Source: an uncultured Candidatus Rokubacteria bacterium (lineage in GTDB: Bacteria > Methylomirabilota > Methylomirabilia > Rokubacteriales > CSP1-6). Taken from it: 64,000 nt of DNA. How positions within the stretch are numbered: the first letter of the stretch is position 1; every line of letters starts with the position of its first letter. The stretch is from positions 1,056,001 through 1,120,000 of the forward strand of contig CAVWWD010000008.1 in NCBI GenBank assembly GCA_963758635.1, in the 5' to 3' direction. Below, in pieces: positions 43,138-54,036 of the stretch. The position numbers and the translations under genes are program-made. Below the pieces are notes generated by a model, which had not been told where the DNA came from, did not search any database, and saw only the letters and a program-made list of their open reading frames with translations.

Positions 43138-44325
43138 TCACCAGCTTCGCCACACCTCGAGGTCGGGGCGGACGAGGCCGTCGCCGTCCACGAGGCGGGC
43201 CACGTGCGGGCGCAGCCGCTCGTCGATGAACTCCGGCCGCCGCGTGTACTCGGGATACACGGCGAGCCGCTCCCGCAGCTCGAGCTGCGCGGCCTCGGTC
43301 ATGCGCCGGAGCTCGGCGAGGCCGGGCCACGGGCACTCGGGATTGATGTGGTCGGGCGTCAGCGGCGAGATGCCGCCCCAGTCGTTCAGGCCCGCCGCGG
43401 GCAGCCCGCCGTAGCCGCCGGCCGAGAGATTGGGCGGGGCCTGGATGTTCATGTCCGGGCCGAGGAGGAGGCGCGCCACCGCCACCGTGCGGGCGAGGTC
43501 GGCGAGCGACGGGTCGGCCACGCCGCGCATCCGGATGGTGGGCTTGGCCCGGAAGTTCTGGACGATCACCTCCTGGATGTGGCCGTACCGCTCGTGCAAT
43601 TCGCGGATGGCCAGGAGCGCGTCCACCCGCTCGGCGAGGGTCTCGCCGATGCCGATCAGGATCCCGGTGGTGAAGGGGATGCGGAGCGACCCGGCGAGCG
43701 CGATCGTCTTGAGGCGCCGTGCCGGCACCTTGTCGGGCGCGCGGTCGTGAGCGAGCCCGGGCCCGAGCAAGCGGTCCGACGTCGTCTCGAGCATGATCCC
43801 CATGCTCACGTTCGCCTCGCGGAGCGCGCCGAGGTCGCGGGCGGACATCAGCCCCGGGTTGGCGTGGGGCAGAAGCGTGGATTCCTTCACGACCATCTCG
43901 CTCACCGCGCGCAGATAGCCGAGGGTGGTGCGGTGCCCGAGGCGGCGCAGCGTCTCGCGGTGCTCGGGGAAGATCGCCTCCGGCTTGTCGCCCAGCGAGA
44001 ACAGCGCTTCCTTGGCGCCCAGGCGCTCGCCCGCCTTCACGAGCGCCAGCACCTCGTCCGGCATCATCGTGAAGGCGCCGGGCTCCCCAGGGTCCTTGCG
44101 AAACGTGCAGTAGCCGCAGTAGTCGCGGCAGAGCGTGGTCAGCGGGATGAAGACCTTGGCCGAAAACGTGAGCCGCCGGCCGCGGCCCCGGTCACGAAGC
44201 GCCGCCGCGGGCGCGCAGAGCTCGGGCAGCCGGGCCTCCGGCGTGTCGAGCAGCGTGGTGGCCTCGGCGGCGGCGAGGGCGCGCCCCTCGCGGGCGCGGT
44301 CGAGCGCGCGATCGAGCGCGGTCAC
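43138..44325 (-). CDS. cofG: FO synthase subunit CofG
   Basis: LCRDYCGYCTF, LPHANPG, PFTTGILIG, QAPPNL, DWGGISP. Confidence 0.93.
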   Translation of the reverse strand: MTALDRALDRAREGRALAAAEATTLLDTPEARLPELCAPAAALRDRGRGRRLTFSAKVFIPLTTLCRDYCGYCTFRKDPGEPGAFTMMPDEVLALVKAGERLGAKEALFSLGDKPEAIFPEHRETLRRLGHRTTLGYLRAVSEMVVKESTLLPHANPGLMSARDLGALREANVSMGIMLETTSDRLLGPGLAHDRAPDKVPARRLKTIALAGSLRIPFTTGILIGIGETLAERVDALLAIRELHERYGHIQEVIVQNFRAKPTIRMRGVADPSLADLARTVAVARLLLGPDMNIQAPPNLSAGGYGGLPAAGLNDWGGISPLTPDHINPECPWPGLAELRRMTEAAQLELRERLAVYPEYTRRPEFIDERLRPHVARLVDGDGLVRPDLEVWRSW

Positions 44326-44756
44326 CGCGCCATGCTCCAGTGCGTCACGTGGGCCGGCGTCACCTTGATCATGACGCCCCGCTCGCGGGGCAGCCCCATG
44401 GCGCGGTACTGCGGGTACTTCTCCAGCAGGAGATCGGCGCCGCGGCTGAACTCCGGGCCGGCGGTGAGCACCTCGGCGCGCCCCTGGATGATGACGTGGC
44501 GCAGCCGGCTCCAGTCCTCGTCGTAGTCGTCGATGGTCACGCACACCGACGGGTTCGCCTCGATGTTGCGGATGCGCTTGAGGGCCCGGCCCGTCGCGCG
44601 CTTGGGCTTGGCGTCGACGGCGGAGAAGATCGCGGCGCCGTCGAAGGCGTAGCAGAACGGGACCACGTGGGGCTGGCCCTGGGCGTCGGCGGTGCCGAGG
44701 TGGCCGACGCGTCCGCGGGAGATGAAGCCGGCGACCTCGTCGGGCACGTGAGCCAC
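44322..44756 (-). CDS. PPOX-class F420-dependent oxidoreductase
   Basis: LGTAD..GQPHVVP, AVDAKPK, RIRNIEANP, YDEDW. Confidence 0.85.
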   Translation of the reverse strand: MAHVPDEVAGFISRGRVGHLGTADAQGQPHVVPFCYAFDGAAIFSAVDAKPKRATGRALKRIRNIEANPSVCVTIDDYDEDWSRLRHVIIQGRAEVLTAGPEFSRGADLLLEKYPQYRAMGLPRERGVMIKVTPAHVTHWSMAR

Positions 44757-44831
44757 GGGGGACGCCGTGCCTCTAGCGGAGGCCGCGCACGAACGGGCCC
44801 ACCGAGCGGACGGCCTGCCGAGCGGCCACGT

Positions 44832-45819
44832 TCATCTCGCGGATGGGGCGGTCACGCGGGGCGCCCGGAGCACCTTGGGACGGCACGTCCTCGGCGAAGC
44901 GCTCCATCATGGCCAGGCGCCCGCGGAGATCCGTGGGCGCGGGGTCGAAGATGAAGTGGGTCACGCCGAGCGACTGGTAGGTGCGCACGTCCTGGATCAC
45001 CTCGGTGGCGGTGCCGGTGAACGGCGCGCGATCGCCGCCCGACGGGCGGGCGCGCCGGCCCGCCAGGTCCAGCGGGACGCGGAACGACAGCGTGATGCGC
45101 GCGGGATCGCGTCCGGCCTTGCGGGCCGCGTCGTGGATCAGCGCCACCTTCTCGCGGAACTCCGCCGGGTGCAGCAGGCCGGGCGGCCGCATGCCGATGG
45201 GGTGCCAGCCGTCGCCGATCTCGCCCGTCCGGCGGAGCGCGGCCGGCGTGTGCCCGCCGATCCAGACGGGGATGCCGCCCTTCTGCGCCGGCTTCGGCAG
45301 CACGCTCACCGGGCGCAGCGTGTAGTGACGTCCCGCGAAGTCCACGGGCTCCCGCGTCCAGCACTCGCGCATCAGGCGGATGTACTCGTCGGTCACGCGC
45401 CCGCGCTCCGGATACGGCGGGGCCTGGAGCGCTTCGAACTCCTCCCGCATCCAGCCGACGCCCGCGCCCAGGATGAGGCGGCCACCGGACAGCACATCGA
45501 GCGTGGCCAGCGTCTTGGCGGTGAAGAGCGGGTTCCGGTAGGGAATGATCAGCACGCTCGTGCCGAGCAGGATGCGCGAGGTCGCGCCGGCCAGGTAGCT
45601 CATCACGGCCAGGGGCTCGAGGTACCCCTGGGCCCAGTCGGCCGCGACCTTCCCGTTGGCCGAGTAGGGGTACGCGGACTCGGTGGTCAGCGGGATGACG
45701 ACGTGGTCGGTGACGAAGATCGACGAGTAGCGGAGGGCTTCCGCCTGTTCGGCGAGCTTGACCAGGGCGTCGCGGTTGGCGAGAGCGCCGCGTCCGGGAA
45801 GGGCGAAGCCGAATTGCAC
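44832..45819 (-). CDS. LLM-class F420-dependent oxidoreductase (3' end frameshifted; boundary approximate)
   Basis: TDHVV, PYRNP, LDVLSGGRLILGAGVGWMREEF, PKPAQ, IGG. Confidence 0.88.
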
Positions 45820-45826
45820 GAAGGCC

Positions 45827-45855
45827 ATATTGCGCGTGGCCCCGGTGGCTGTCAA
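45827..45855 (-). promoter_or_regulatory. sigma70-like promoter, probably leaderless transcript
   Basis: TTGACA-17-CAATAT, 7 nt before GTG 45819. Confidence 0.5.
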
Positions 45856-45901
45856 GGCCGCGAGCACCGGCTCGGCCAGCGAAATCGCTGTCCTGCAGCG
45901 C

Positions 45902-45979
45902 GCTCGTGAGCCTCGCGCATCAGACTCATGCCGAGCGGTAGGACTGTAGAGGCCCGTGGCGGTTAGCGCATTCTGCGAG
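45902..45979 (+). repeat. dispersed ~78-bp element B, copy 2
   Basis: Matches 31031-31107 inverted; CGCTCGTGAGCCTCG repeated at 45901 and 45983. Confidence 0.85.
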
Positions 45980-46088
45980 CCTCGCTCGTGAGCCTCGGAA
46001 GGGGGCGCGGTCGAATGGTGATCCGCCCAGTTCCCGGCACGTCCGCCAAGCGGCGGGCGGAGAGAGGGCCTGTGTTACGGTTGATGAC

Positions 46089-48199
<2,111 letters not shown>

Positions 48200-48242
48200 C
48201 GCGATGCTCCCCTTCAACGCTTCGCGATTCCAAGGAGGACAC

Positions 48243-49748
48243 GTGGTGGGGACAGCGAAACGGTCCATCGTGGCAGCCCTGCTCGGGGCGCTGCTCGTCC
48301 TGATCGTGGCCGAGGTTCAGGCCCAGGCGCCTGCCCCGACGCCTCCCGCGCCGGCGGCCCCGGCTCCGGCGCCCGCTGCGCCCGCACCCGGCGCACCGGC
48401 AGCGGCTCCGGCGCCCGCGCCACCGAAGATCGACACGGGCGACACGGCGTGGGTGCTCACGTCCTCCGCGCTCGTCCTCCTGATGACCGCCCCGGGCCTC
48501 TTCCTCTTCTACGGCGGCCTCGTCAGGCAGAAGAACGCGCTCGGCACGATCATGCACAGCTTCATCATCCTGGCCCTCATCTCGCTCCAGTGGGTGCTCT
48601 GGGGCTACAGCCTCGCCTTCGGGCCGGACAAGGGCGGCATCATCGGCGGGCTCGAGTGGTTCGGGCTGAAGGGCGTCGGCCAGGCGCCGCACCCCGACTA
48701 CTCGGCGACGATTCCGCACCAGGCCTTCATGCTCTTCCAGATGATGTTCGCGATCATCACGCCCGCGCTCATCACCGGCGCGTTCGCCGAGCGGAAGAAG
48801 TTCTCCACGTTCATCGTGTTCATCCTGGCGTGGGCCACGTTCGTCTACGATCCGCTGGCGCACTGGGTGTGGGGCGTGGGCGGGTGGCTCCGCGCGCTCG
48901 GCGCGCTCGACTTCGCCGGCGGCACCGTCGTGCACATCTCCTCGGGCATCTCGGCGCTCGCCGCCGCGCTCGTCATCGGCAAGCGGCGCGGCTACGGGCA
49001 CCAGCCGATGCAGCCCCACAACCTGCCCATGACGGTGATGGGCGCGGCGCTCCTCTGGTTCGGCTGGTTCGGGTTCAACGCGGGGAGCGCGCTGGGCGCC
49101 AACGGCCTCGCCGCCCACGCCTTCACGACCACCAACACGGCGACGGCGGCGGCGGTGCTGGGCTGGATGTTCACGGAGTGGGCATCCCGCGGCAAGCCGA
49201 CGGTGCTCGGCGCGGCCTCGGGCGCGGTGGCCGGGCTCGTGGCCATCACGCCGGCGGCGGGGTTCGTGACGCCGATGGCCTCGATCGTGATCGGCGCGCT
49301 CGCCGGCGTCCTCTGCTACACGGCCTGCAACCTCAAGGCGAAGCTCGGCTACGACGACTCGCTCGACGTGGTGGGCGTGCACGGCGTGGGCGGGACGTGG
49401 GGCGCGCTGGCCACCGGGATCTTCGCGACCAAGGCCGTCAACGAGGCGGGCGGCGACGGCCTCCTCTACGGCAATCCCGGCCAGCTCCTCATCCAGGCCG
49501 TGGCGGTGGTGGTGACCCTGGTGCTGGGCTTCGTGATGACCACGATCATCCTGAAGGTGCTCGACGCGATCATGGGCCTCCGGCTCAGCGAGGAGGACGA
49601 GATGGCGGGCCTGGACCTGTCGCAGCATTCGGAGACCGCGTACACCATCGGCGGGTCGGGGTACGGCGAGTACACGAGCGGCGCGGGGGGCGGCGCCTTC
49701 GGGCAGACGCGGGCGGCCACCGAGGCCAAGGCGCGGGCCAGTCACTGA
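48243..49748 (+). CDS. amtB: ammonium transporter with Pro/Ala-rich N-terminal linker
   Basis: GDTAW, DFAGGTVVH, WFGWFGFNAGS, DDSLDVVGVHG. Confidence 0.96.
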   Translation: MVGTAKRSIVAALLGALLVLIVAEVQAQAPAPTPPAPAAPAPAPAAPAPGAPAAAPAPAPPKIDTGDTAWVLTSSALVLLMTAPGLFLFYGGLVRQKNALGTIMHSFIILALISLQWVLWGYSLAFGPDKGGIIGGLEWFGLKGVGQAPHPDYSATIPHQAFMLFQMMFAIITPALITGAFAERKKFSTFIVFILAWATFVYDPLAHWVWGVGGWLRALGALDFAGGTVVHISSGISALAAALVIGKRRGYGHQPMQPHNLPMTVMGAALLWFGWFGFNAGSALGANGLAAHAFTTTNTATAAAVLGWMFTEWASRGKPTVLGAASGAVAGLVAITPAAGFVTPMASIVIGALAGVLCYTACNLKAKLGYDDSLDVVGVHGVGGTWGALATGIFATKAVNEAGGDGLLYGNPGQLLIQAVAVVVTLVLGFVMTTIILKVLDAIMGLRLSEEDEMAGLDLSQHSETAYTIGGSGYGEYTSGAGGGAFGQTRAATEAKARASH

Positions 49749-49757
49749 CCCGTCGGC

Positions 49758-49786
49758 TTGACCGTCCTCGGGTGAGCACTTACCCT
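49758..49786 (+). promoter_or_regulatory. sigma70-like promoter giving glnA a ~235-nt leader
   Basis: TTGACC-17-TACCCT. Confidence 0.55.
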
Positions 49787-49800
49787 ATGCGCGCACCGTC

Positions 49801-49977
49801 CGCGAACGAGCGTGGCCCGTAAACGTACCGTCGATCGGGTGACCCATTGCTGAATCGTCCGGCTGGCCCGCATCATTCGCGATCGGGAACGGACCCTGGA
49901 CAGCGCGATGGTCCGCTGAGCCTGTTCGTGAATCGTCCGCGCTCGCAGCCGGCGAGGCCACGGCGGCCTCGCCGGCT
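49801..49977 (+). promoter_or_regulatory. candidate ANTAR-target RNA: two dual-hexaloop motifs plus a 13-bp hairpin
   Basis: Loops AACGAG, ATCGGG, AACGGA, ATGGTC (all A1/G4) on 3-4 bp stems; hairpin 49947-49977. Confidence 0.55.
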
Positions 49978-50028
49978 CCCGGTTTCGCGCACCGCGCGAC
50001 ACTCTCAACTCTCCAAGGAGGCAGACGC

Positions 50029-51456
50029 ATGACCACGCCGAAGGAAGTTCTGAAGCTCGCCAAGGACAAGGGAGTGAAGATCGTCGACCTGCGGTTCATC
50101 GACCTTCCCGGCCTCTGGCAGCACTTCTCGATCCCCGTGTCCGAGCTGAGCGAGGGCATCTTCGAGGACGGCCTCGGCTTCGACGGCTCCTCGATCCGCG
50201 GCTTCCAGACCATCGACGAGTCGGACATGCTGCTGATCCCCGACGCGTCGAGCGCGCAGATGGATCCGTTCACCGCGGTGCCGACGCTCGTCCTGATCTG
50301 CAACGTGAAGGACCCCATCACCGGCAAGGCGTACACTCGCGACCCGCGCTACGTGGCCCAGAAGGCCGAGGCGTACGTGAAGAAGAGCGGGGTGGGGGAC
50401 ACCATCTACATCGGGCCCGAGCTCGAGTTCTTCTTCTTCGACTCGATCCGCTTCGACCAGAGCTACAACTACGGCTTCTACTTCATCGACTCCGAGGCGG
50501 GCGCCTGGAACAGCGGCCAGGAGGGCACGCCCGACCGGCCGAACCTCGGCTACAAGCCGCGCTACAAGCAGGGCTACTTCCCCGTGCCCCCCATGGACAA
50601 GTTCCAGGACATCCGCTCGGACATGGTCCTGGCCCTGGAGTCGGTGGGCGTGCGCGTCGAGGTCCACCACCACGAGGTGGCGACGGGCGGGCAGACCGAG
50701 ATCGACATGCGGTACGACACGCTGACGAAGATGGCGGACAAGGTGTGCTGGTACAAGTACTGCGCCAAGAACACCGCGCGGAAGTGGGGCAAGACCGCCA
50801 CCTTCATGCCCAAGCCGCTGTTCCAGGACAACGGGTCGGGCATGCACACGCACCAGTCGATCTGGAAGAACGGCAAGAACCTCTTCTACGAGCGCGGCGG
50901 GTACGCGGACATCTCGAAGACCTGCCTCTACTACATCGGCGGCATCCTCAAGCACGCGCCGGCGCTCCTCGCCTTCATCGCGCCCTCCACGAACAGCTAC
51001 AAGCGCCTGGTGCCGGGCTACGAGGCGCCGATCAACCTCGTGTACAGCCAGCGCAACCGCTCCGCGGCCATCCGCATCCCGATGTACTCGAAGGCCGAGG
51101 GGGCCAAGCGGATCGAGTTCCGCACCCCGGACCCGACGTGCAACCCGTACCTCTCGTTCGCGGCGTGCGTGATGGCCGGCCTCGACGGGGTGGCCAACAA
51201 GATCGATCCCGGCAAGCCGGTGGACAAGGACCTCTACGAGCTGCCGCCGGCGGAGCAGAAGAAGATCAAGCAGCTCCCGGGCTCCCTCGACATCGTCCTC
51301 GACAACCTCGAGAAGGACCACGACTTCCTGCTCAAGGGCGACGTGTTCACCCCGGACCTCATCGAGACCTGGATCGACTACAAGCGGAAGAACGAGGTCG
51401 ACCCGGTCCGGCTGCGGCCGCACCCGTACGAGTTCGCGCTCTACTACGACATCTAG
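50029..51456 (+). CDS. glnA: glutamine synthetase type I
   Basis: [36 protein letters not shown] adenylylation Tyr. Confidence 0.97.
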   Translation: MTTPKEVLKLAKDKGVKIVDLRFIDLPGLWQHFSIPVSELSEGIFEDGLGFDGSSIRGFQTIDESDMLLIPDASSAQMDPFTAVPTLVLICNVKDPITGKAYTRDPRYVAQKAEAYVKKSGVGDTIYIGPELEFFFFDSIRFDQSYNYGFYFIDSEAGAWNSGQEGTPDRPNLGYKPRYKQGYFPVPPMDKFQDIRSDMVLALESVGVRVEVHHHEVATGGQTEIDMRYDTLTKMADKVCWYKYCAKNTARKWGKTATFMPKPLFQDNGSGMHTHQSIWKNGKNLFYERGGYADISKTCLYYIGGILKHAPALLAFIAPSTNSYKRLVPGYEAPINLVYSQRNRSAAIRIPMYSKAEGAKRIEFRTPDPTCNPYLSFAACVMAGLDGVANKIDPGKPVDKDLYELPPAEQKKIKQLPGSLDIVLDNLEKDHDFLLKGDVFTPDLIETWIDYKRKNEVDPVRLRPHPYEFALYYDI

Positions 51457-51524
51457 GCCGTCGTCCCGCCGTTCCGGCGGCCCCGGAGGCGATCCCTCGC
51501 CTGCGGGGCCGCCCTCTTCCCTCC

Positions 51525-51660
51525 TGATCGCTCCTTGTGCAGCCCGCCCGCGGCTGCCTCACGCGTGAGCACGCGCGACTTCGTTCCGGCGCGCCGGCGT
51601 CCTTCAACACTGCGATTCGTCGCGCGTCGCGCGGCCGCCGGCGGTGGCACCGGAATCGCA
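51525..51660 (+). promoter_or_regulatory. tandem NtrC-type sites and sigma54 promoter of the porin gene
   Basis: TGATC-N7-GTGCA at 51525, TGCCT-N7-GAGCA at 51555, TGGCACCGGAATCGCA at 51645. Confidence 0.7.
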
Positions 51661-51721
51661 CGGGCGCGGGCAGACGTCACCCGCGGCTCAACCGTGGTCC
51701 CGTGAGAGGAGGAGTCCCGAC

Positions 51722-52957
51722 ATGACCGAGACGTGCCGACGGTGGCTCGCCGTGGCTGTCCTGACGTGCGCGGGCTGGGCCGTTCCCGCCCACGCCCAGA
51801 CGCCGGCCCCCACTCCCGCTCCCGCCGCCGCCGACAAGAAGGAGGAGGAGGAGAAGCCGAAGACCCTCTGGGAGGAGATCAAGCTCTTCTCCTACATCGA
51901 GAACAGCTACACCTTCAACCTGACCGGCGCGGGTCGGGACGCCACCAACGAGCTCCGGTTCTACGACTTCGACGAGGGCTGGACCTTCAACATGGCGGAG
52001 TTCAGCATCAAGAAGGACCCCTCCGAGAGGTACTGGTTCGGTTTCGGCCTCGTCGTCACCGCCGGTCTCGACGCGCAGAAGACGCATTCGCTCGGCATCT
52101 TCCGTGGGAACGACGACACGTTCGCCTTCCGCAACACGCCCTGGTTCGACCTGCAGGAGGCCTACGGTTCGGTGCTCGTCCCTCTCGGGAGCGGCCTCAC
52201 CCTCAAGGGCGGCAAGTTCGTCACCCTCCTCGGCTACGAGGTCATCGAGTCCCCGAACAACCTGAACTTCTCCCGCGGCTACCTCTTCGCCCTCGCCATC
52301 CCGCTGACCCACACCGGCGGCCTCGCGTCGTACACGTTCACCGACTGGTTCAACGTCACGGTGGGCGGCGTGCTCGGGTGGGACAACTCCAAGGAGAACA
52401 ATGGGGCGCCGTCGCTGACCGGCCAGTTCGCGTTCACGCCGTTCAAGGACTTCACCGCCAACATGAACTGGATCGTCGGGCCGGAGCAGCGTGACAACAC
52501 GAGCAACCTCCGCTACGTGCTCGATTGGGTGTTCGCCTACACGGGCATCAAGGGGCTGACCCTCGCCGCCAACATCGACTACGGCCACGAGGACAAGGAG
52601 GCTTTCCTGGTCTCGCTGGGCCGGGCGGACACCGGCGCGACGTGGTGGGGCGTGGCCCTCTACGCGGCGTACGACTGGACGGACTGGTTGCGCACCTCGC
52701 TCCGGCAGGAGTTCTTCAAGGACGCGGACGGGGCCCGGTCGGGCTTCGGCAGCAGCCTCTCGCTCCTCTCCACGACGGTGACCGCGCAGTTCAAGATCTG
52801 GAAGGGCCTCGTCGGGCGCGTCGAGTACCGGCACGACGCGGCCGACGAGAAGGTCTTCAAGGCGCGCACGACGCGCCCGGACGCGTCCGGCGGCGTGGTG
52901 GCGCAGTCCAAGAGCCTGGACACGATCTCCGTCAGCCTCTACTACTCGTTCTTCTGA
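51722..52957 (+). CDS. outer-membrane beta-barrel porin (BBP2/DUF1597-like)
   Basis: Signal peptide, LQEAY, GKFVTLLGYEVIE, NFSR, PLTHTG, EYRHD, C-terminal Phe. Confidence 0.85.
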   Translation: MTETCRRWLAVAVLTCAGWAVPAHAQTPAPTPAPAAADKKEEEEKPKTLWEEIKLFSYIENSYTFNLTGAGRDATNELRFYDFDEGWTFNMAEFSIKKDPSERYWFGFGLVVTAGLDAQKTHSLGIFRGNDDTFAFRNTPWFDLQEAYGSVLVPLGSGLTLKGGKFVTLLGYEVIESPNNLNFSRGYLFALAIPLTHTGGLASYTFTDWFNVTVGGVLGWDNSKENNGAPSLTGQFAFTPFKDFTANMNWIVGPEQRDNTSNLRYVLDWVFAYTGIKGLTLAANIDYGHEDKEAFLVSLGRADTGATWWGVALYAAYDWTDWLRTSLRQEFFKDADGARSGFGSSLSLLSTTVTAQFKIWKGLVGRVEYRHDAADEKVFKARTTRPDASGGVVAQSKSLDTISVSLYYSFF

Positions 52958-52990
52958 TTCGAAGGGGGCCTCGACGGTCCCCTTCGAATC
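52956..52990 (+). terminator. REP-like hairpin / probable terminator
   Basis: GATTCGAAGGGGGCC-TCGAC-GGTCCCCTTCGAATC. Confidence 0.6.
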
Positions 52991-53035
52991 CCAATGGAGC
53001 GCGGGCTCCGCCCGCGCCCGGAGCGGACCTCTCGG

Positions 53036-53150
53036 TGCTCACCGTCTATGCGATCGCGCTAGGCGTGATCGGCGGGTGTGCAGCCATTCGATCCTGATCA
53101 AAATACAAATCCTTGATTTCTCTCAGTGATGGGGTGGCATCGCGATTGCT
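53036..53150 (+). promoter_or_regulatory. NtrC-type sites, IHF-like tract and sigma54 promoter of the ANTAR regulator
   Basis: TGCTC-N7-ATGCG at 53036, TGATC-N7-GTGCA at 53066, CAAATCCTTGATTT, TGGCATCGCGATTGCT at 53135. Confidence 0.78.
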
Positions 53151-53163
53151 CGACAGTTCCAGC

Positions 53164-53760
53164 ATGAAAGCTAAATGGACCGTGGCGATCGTGGATGATC
53201 ATGCGCCGTCGCGGGCGGCGACGGCAGAGGCGGTGACCGCTCGGGGGGGCCTCGTGGTGGGCAACGGCAGCCACGCGGAGGACGCGCTCGGGCTGGTCGA
53301 GCGGTTTCGGCCGGACGTGCTGATCACGTCGATGGGGCTGCCGGACGGCGACGGCGTGGAGGTGGCGCGGAGGGTGATGGCCGCCGGGTGCCCGGTCGTC
53401 CTTCACACGAGCCACGCCGCGCCCGAGGTGTCCGCGCGCGCGGCCGAGGCGGGCGTGGTGGGCTTCCTCGTCAAGCCGCTCCGCGCCGAGGAGCTCGGGC
53501 CCACCCTCGACCTTGCGGTGTCGCGCTTCCGCGAGCGGGAGGCGCTGCGCCAGGAGAACGAGAGCCTCCGGCGCACGCTCGAGGCCCGGAAGCTGATCGA
53601 GCGGGCCAAGGGTGTCCTCATGCAGCGCCTCGGCCTGAGCGAGCCGGAGGCCTTCCGCAAGATCCAGAAGACCGCGATGGACACGCGCCGCCCCATGACC
53701 GAGGTCGCCCAGGCGTTGCTCCTCACGGAGAAGATGGCGCCGGCCCGGCCCGCGCGCTGA
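53164..53760 (+). CDS. ANTAR-domain regulator with pseudo-receiver (NasT/AmiR-like)
   Basis: IVDDH, LITSMGLP (Asp to Ser), LVKP, RKLIERAKGVLM, EAF. Confidence 0.9.
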   Translation: MKAKWTVAIVDDHAPSRAATAEAVTARGGLVVGNGSHAEDALGLVERFRPDVLITSMGLPDGDGVEVARRVMAAGCPVVLHTSHAAPEVSARAAEAGVVGFLVKPLRAEELGPTLDLAVSRFREREALRQENESLRRTLEARKLIERAKGVLMQRLGLSEPEAFRKIQKTAMDTRRPMTEVAQALLLTEKMAPARPAR

Positions 53761-53811
53761 CGTCCCGGCCGGCGCGCCGCGAACGGTCGCGGCCGCCGGC
53801 CGCGGATCATC

Positions 53812-53937
53812 TGCCGACTTGTTGGGCAGGCCGGCGTCCCTGCCTAGAACGCAGGCACAGCGGCGGGTCTCGAGCTGGCCTGCCTCTCGCTCAAACCAGC
53901 GAAAACCCTGAACCAAGGGAGAGGCACGGGCATTGCT
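53812..53937 (+). promoter_or_regulatory. tandem NtrC-type sites and sigma54 promoter of urt-ure
   Basis: TGCCG-N7-GGGCA at 53812, TGCCT-N7-AGGCA at 53841, AGGCACGGGCATTGCT at 53922. Confidence 0.75.
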
Positions 53938-54036
53938 CTGCCCTCTCGATTGGCGTTCCGAGACATCGAGGTCCGGAGCGACCGGCGCCGCGGCCGGGAC
54001 TGGCGTTAACCGTTCATCCCGGAAAGGAGACGCAGC

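Noticed and set aside
53881..54036. Glutamine (glnA-motif) riboswitch or three-way junction before urtA
   Set aside because: Only CGTTCATC resembles the motif; the 53881-53927 structure lies upstream of the predicted TSS and its loops lack A1/G4
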